From Candidatus Zhuqueibacterota bacterium (lineage in GTDB: Bacteria; Zhuqueibacterota; Zhuqueibacteria; Thermofontimicrobiales; Thermofontimicrobiaceae): a stretch of 64,000 nucleotides of DNA. This document shows positions 61,597 to 64,000 of this stretch, piece after piece (within the stretch, counting starts at the first letter, position 1; each line of letters starts with the position of its first letter). The DNA lies in contig JBMOPW010000029.1 of the NCBI GenBank assembly GCA_049322915.1, positions 1-64,000 on the forward strand, written 5' to 3'. Both the position numbers and the translations under genes were made by a program. The notes below the pieces were generated by a model, which saw only the letters and a program-made list of their open reading frames with translations, was not told the DNA's origin and searched no databases.

Positions 61597-61904
61597 GTTA
61601 TCCTCCGCTGCATAATTTTGATTTACTGACAATTTTTATTTGCACATTTTTTTACCTATAACAAAATTGCGTTCTATACCTCATGACAGAAAGATTCAGC
61701 GCATGTAAATTTCAAGTGAAAAGTGTACCATTGTATTAATTGAAAAGTATACCAGTGGATTAACAATGTGCCCAATACTCACTGTATTGGATACGGCCCC
61801 CCCGACAGAGCACAAGCGCTAGCGGAAGGAGGCCGTAGGCCGACTGGAGTTAGCGCTTGTGCTCGCCGATTTCATTCAGCCCAGCGGCAAATAATTTTTC
61901 TCTA

Positions 61905-62669
61905 TTACGGATTTTTATTCCAATTGACCGTTTCCTTGATTCGATACGAATTGCCGTTCATGTTCACCATGTACGCCTTATGGGTTAGCCTGTCTATCAT
62001 AGCCGCTGTGAGAACAGGATCAACAAATACTTCGTTCCACCTGTCAAAGGAAAGGTTGGTTGTGATAATTGTCGATTTTCTTCCAGCTCGCAATGATAAG
62101 TGCATGAATAATAACTCGGCTCCTTTTTTATCAAAAGAAATATAGCCTAATTCATCACAGATGACTACATCGTATTTTTCAAATTTGTTCTCAAAAGACC
62201 GTAACGTTTTTTCGGATTGGCATTCTTTCAATTGAACAATGAGCGAAGGAACGGTTGTAAATAACACTTTAAAGCCTTCCATGCACGCTTTGATGCCAAG
62301 CCCGATGGCGATATGAGTTTTACCAGTGCCAGGATTTCCAGCTAAGATTAAATTATGGCCGTCGCGAATAAAATCCAGTGTTTTTAATATCTTGATCTTT
62401 TTGATGGCATCTTTTGGTAAATCGTCAATGCTTAAATCTTCAAGATATTTTTTAAACGGGAAATTAGCCGTACGCACCCTGCTTTTTTCCCGATTGATCA
62501 GTCTTAACTCATATTCCTTTTCAAGCAAGTTAAATAAAAATTGTTCATAGGTAATTTCATGATGGCCAGCGTCAATCGCTTGATCTTTGAAACATTGTCT
62601 GATGCCTGGCAATTTCAATTCATGCGTGTATTCAACAATCGCTTCGGCGGTAGATTGATTCATTCTCAT
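61905..62669 (-). CDS. istB: IS21 helper AAA+ ATPase
   Basis: 'GNPGTGKTH', 'DELGY', 'IITTNL', 'AAMIDRLTH', 'GNSYR'. Confidence 0.95.
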   Translation of the reverse strand: MRMNQSTAEAIVEYTHELKLPGIRQCFKDQAIDAGHHEITYEQFLFNLLEKEYELRLINREKSRVRTANFPFKKYLEDLSIDDLPKDAIKKIKILKTLDFIRDGHNLILAGNPGTGKTHIAIGLGIKACMEGFKVLFTTVPSLIVQLKECQSEKTLRSFENKFEKYDVVICDELGYISFDKKGAELLFMHLSLRAGRKSTIITTNLSFDRWNEVFVDPVLTAAMIDRLTHKAYMVNMNGNSYRIKETVNWNKNP

Positions 62670-64000
62670 ATCACCTCCACGCGTTGGCGACTGAAGTTGC
62701 CATTATCAGGAATCAAACGACTCAGGGCTTTGAGTTGATCCTGACACATCCTGTTGATTTCGTCATGACCATGGCGCTCCACCAGTGGCTGTTCAACTTG
62801 ACGTTCGCAGAGTATTTTTATTTTATCAAGCGTAACATCTGTTGCTTTGACAGCCTGTAGATGCTGAATCGCTAATTCAATTTTGGTTATCGGAATCGAA
62901 CAGTCCCGAATATATTCGATTAACTCGATGAATTGCTTTTCACGATTACGGTAATACGCTTTATAAATCTTGTCAAGACGGGAATCTATTTGAGCCAGCG
63001 CCAGGCTTCCTGAAACAGCTCCTGGCTTCTTTTTCAAGGTGCGCGTGTAATGTTCAATCTTGACAGACCACTCATGCAATCCATTTAACCTTGCATGAAA
63101 GCTTATCGGCTCATTTTCATTTTCATCACGGCACACTATTCTGTCAGGATAAACTTTGCAGTTCACGAGCTTTCCCACATATGTGTCCGGGACAGAATAA
63201 CGACATGTTTTATAGCTGATCGTTGAGTATTTATCCACCTTGAGCCCATATTCGTCACCGCATTCGAACATGGGCTTTACAGGGTACAGGTAAGCATGTT
63301 CTTCCTGGAGAAGCAACTCGGCTGTCTTATTGCTATTTTCTTTTTGCGGCCGGGCGTTCAATGAATCGCAGACCGAATCTAAATATTCATTCGCTTCAGA
63401 AAGACTGGCAAAATGGTCTCGTTTGGCAAATGCTTTACGCCTGATATATTCAACGCTTCGTTCCACATGGCCTTTTTCATTGCCTTTTCGGACATTGCAG
63501 AATCGAAATGAAAATTGATAATACATCGATAGTTTTAACAACCCGTCAGTCGCCTCCTTCTCGGTAGGACCGACAAACTTTTTGACGGCGACTTTCATGT
63601 TATCATAAACCAATATTTGAAAGACGCCATTTATCTTGGCAAAAAAATAGACATGCGCTTGTTGAAACGAATTGGTATCCTGATGCTTGTAAAGCCGAGC
63701 AAAGCGATAATCGCTATAACCGCTTGTGAATACAGCAAGCTGATATGTTTCCAGGCCGTGGGATGTATCTATTTTTACTTCACCCCAATCAAATTCACAA
63801 ACAGCGCCCGCGGCATAGTTTTGACGGATAAATGCTTCCTGATGGCTTTGCTCAAGTTCGCTGATAAGATTACAGACGCTCGTGTAGCCAATATCAAAAC
63901 CTTTATCGTTGAGCAGTTCATAAATGTCTATCTTTTTTAATTGTTGCTTGCGTTGCCCGTGTTGACGTTTCTGCTTATTTTGTTCAAGCAACTGCTCTAC
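62666..64000 (-). CDS. istA: IS21 DDE transposase (5' end outside window)
   Basis: 'EFDWGE', 'YDNMKVAV', 'EKGHVERSV', 'YSVP'. Confidence 0.93.
   Translation of the reverse strand, partial: VEQLLEQNKQKRQHGQRKQQLKKIDIYELLNDKGFDIGYTSVCNLISELEQSHQEAFIRQNYAAGAVCEFDWGEVKIDTSHGLETYQLAVFTSGYSDYRFARLYKHQDTNSFQQAHVYFFAKINGVFQILVYDNMKVAVKKFVGPTEKEATDGLLKLSMYYQFSFRFCNVRKGNEKGHVERSVEYIRRKAFAKRDHFASLSEANEYLDSVCDSLNARPQKENSNKTAELLLQEEHAYLYPVKPMFECGDEYGLKVDKYSTISYKTCRYSVPDTYVGKLVNCKVYPDRIVCRDENENEPISFHARLNGLHEWSVKIEHYTRTLKKKPGAVSGSLALAQIDSRLDKIYKAYYRNREKQFIELIEYIRDCSIPITKIELAIQHLQAVKATDVTLDKIKILCERQVEQPLVERHGHDEINRMCQDQLKALSRLIPDNGNFSRQRVEVI

Larger units (their letters stand above)
61704..64000 (-). mobile_element. 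IS21-family insertion sequence (partial, continues beyond window)
   Basis: TGT terminus at 61704 with repeats TGAAAAGTGTACCA (61717) and TGAAAAGTATACCA (61741); istA-istB. Confidence 0.92.

Noticed and set aside
1..64000. CRISPR array, cas genes, rRNA
   Set aside because: No regularly spaced repeats or such genes seen.

Overview
Bacterial chromosome segment. The many 'QNYPNPFN' C-terminal sorting domains and a PorV/PorQ-like gene suggest an FCB-group lineage such as KSB1 or Calditrichota (inference). 0.1-13 kb: secreted and outer-membrane proteins, including a GH18 and two metallopeptidase-like proteins, plus a thermonuclease. 13-30 kb: minus-strand Wzx/Wzy exopolysaccharide locus whose priming sugar transferase is fused to a degenerate GGDEF domain with an intact RxxD site. 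30-48 kb: FGE/PKD protein, TPM pair, GH36-like enzyme, FadL-like barrel and a housekeeping run (D-cysteine desulfhydrase, asnS, gpsA, purM). After tRNA-Leu(CAA) comes an AT-richer accessory region. It holds the most interesting feature: a ~1.7 kb unit of two DUF1670-like genes bounded by 25/26-bp inverted repeats, with no recognisable transposase, whose right end coincides with the truncation point of an IS4-type transposase remnant. It is followed by co-oriented, partly decayed accessory genes, one well-formed integron attC behind a Kelch/CTD gene, and an IS21 element running off the window. All family calls come from motif recognition by eye; no database searches were run.
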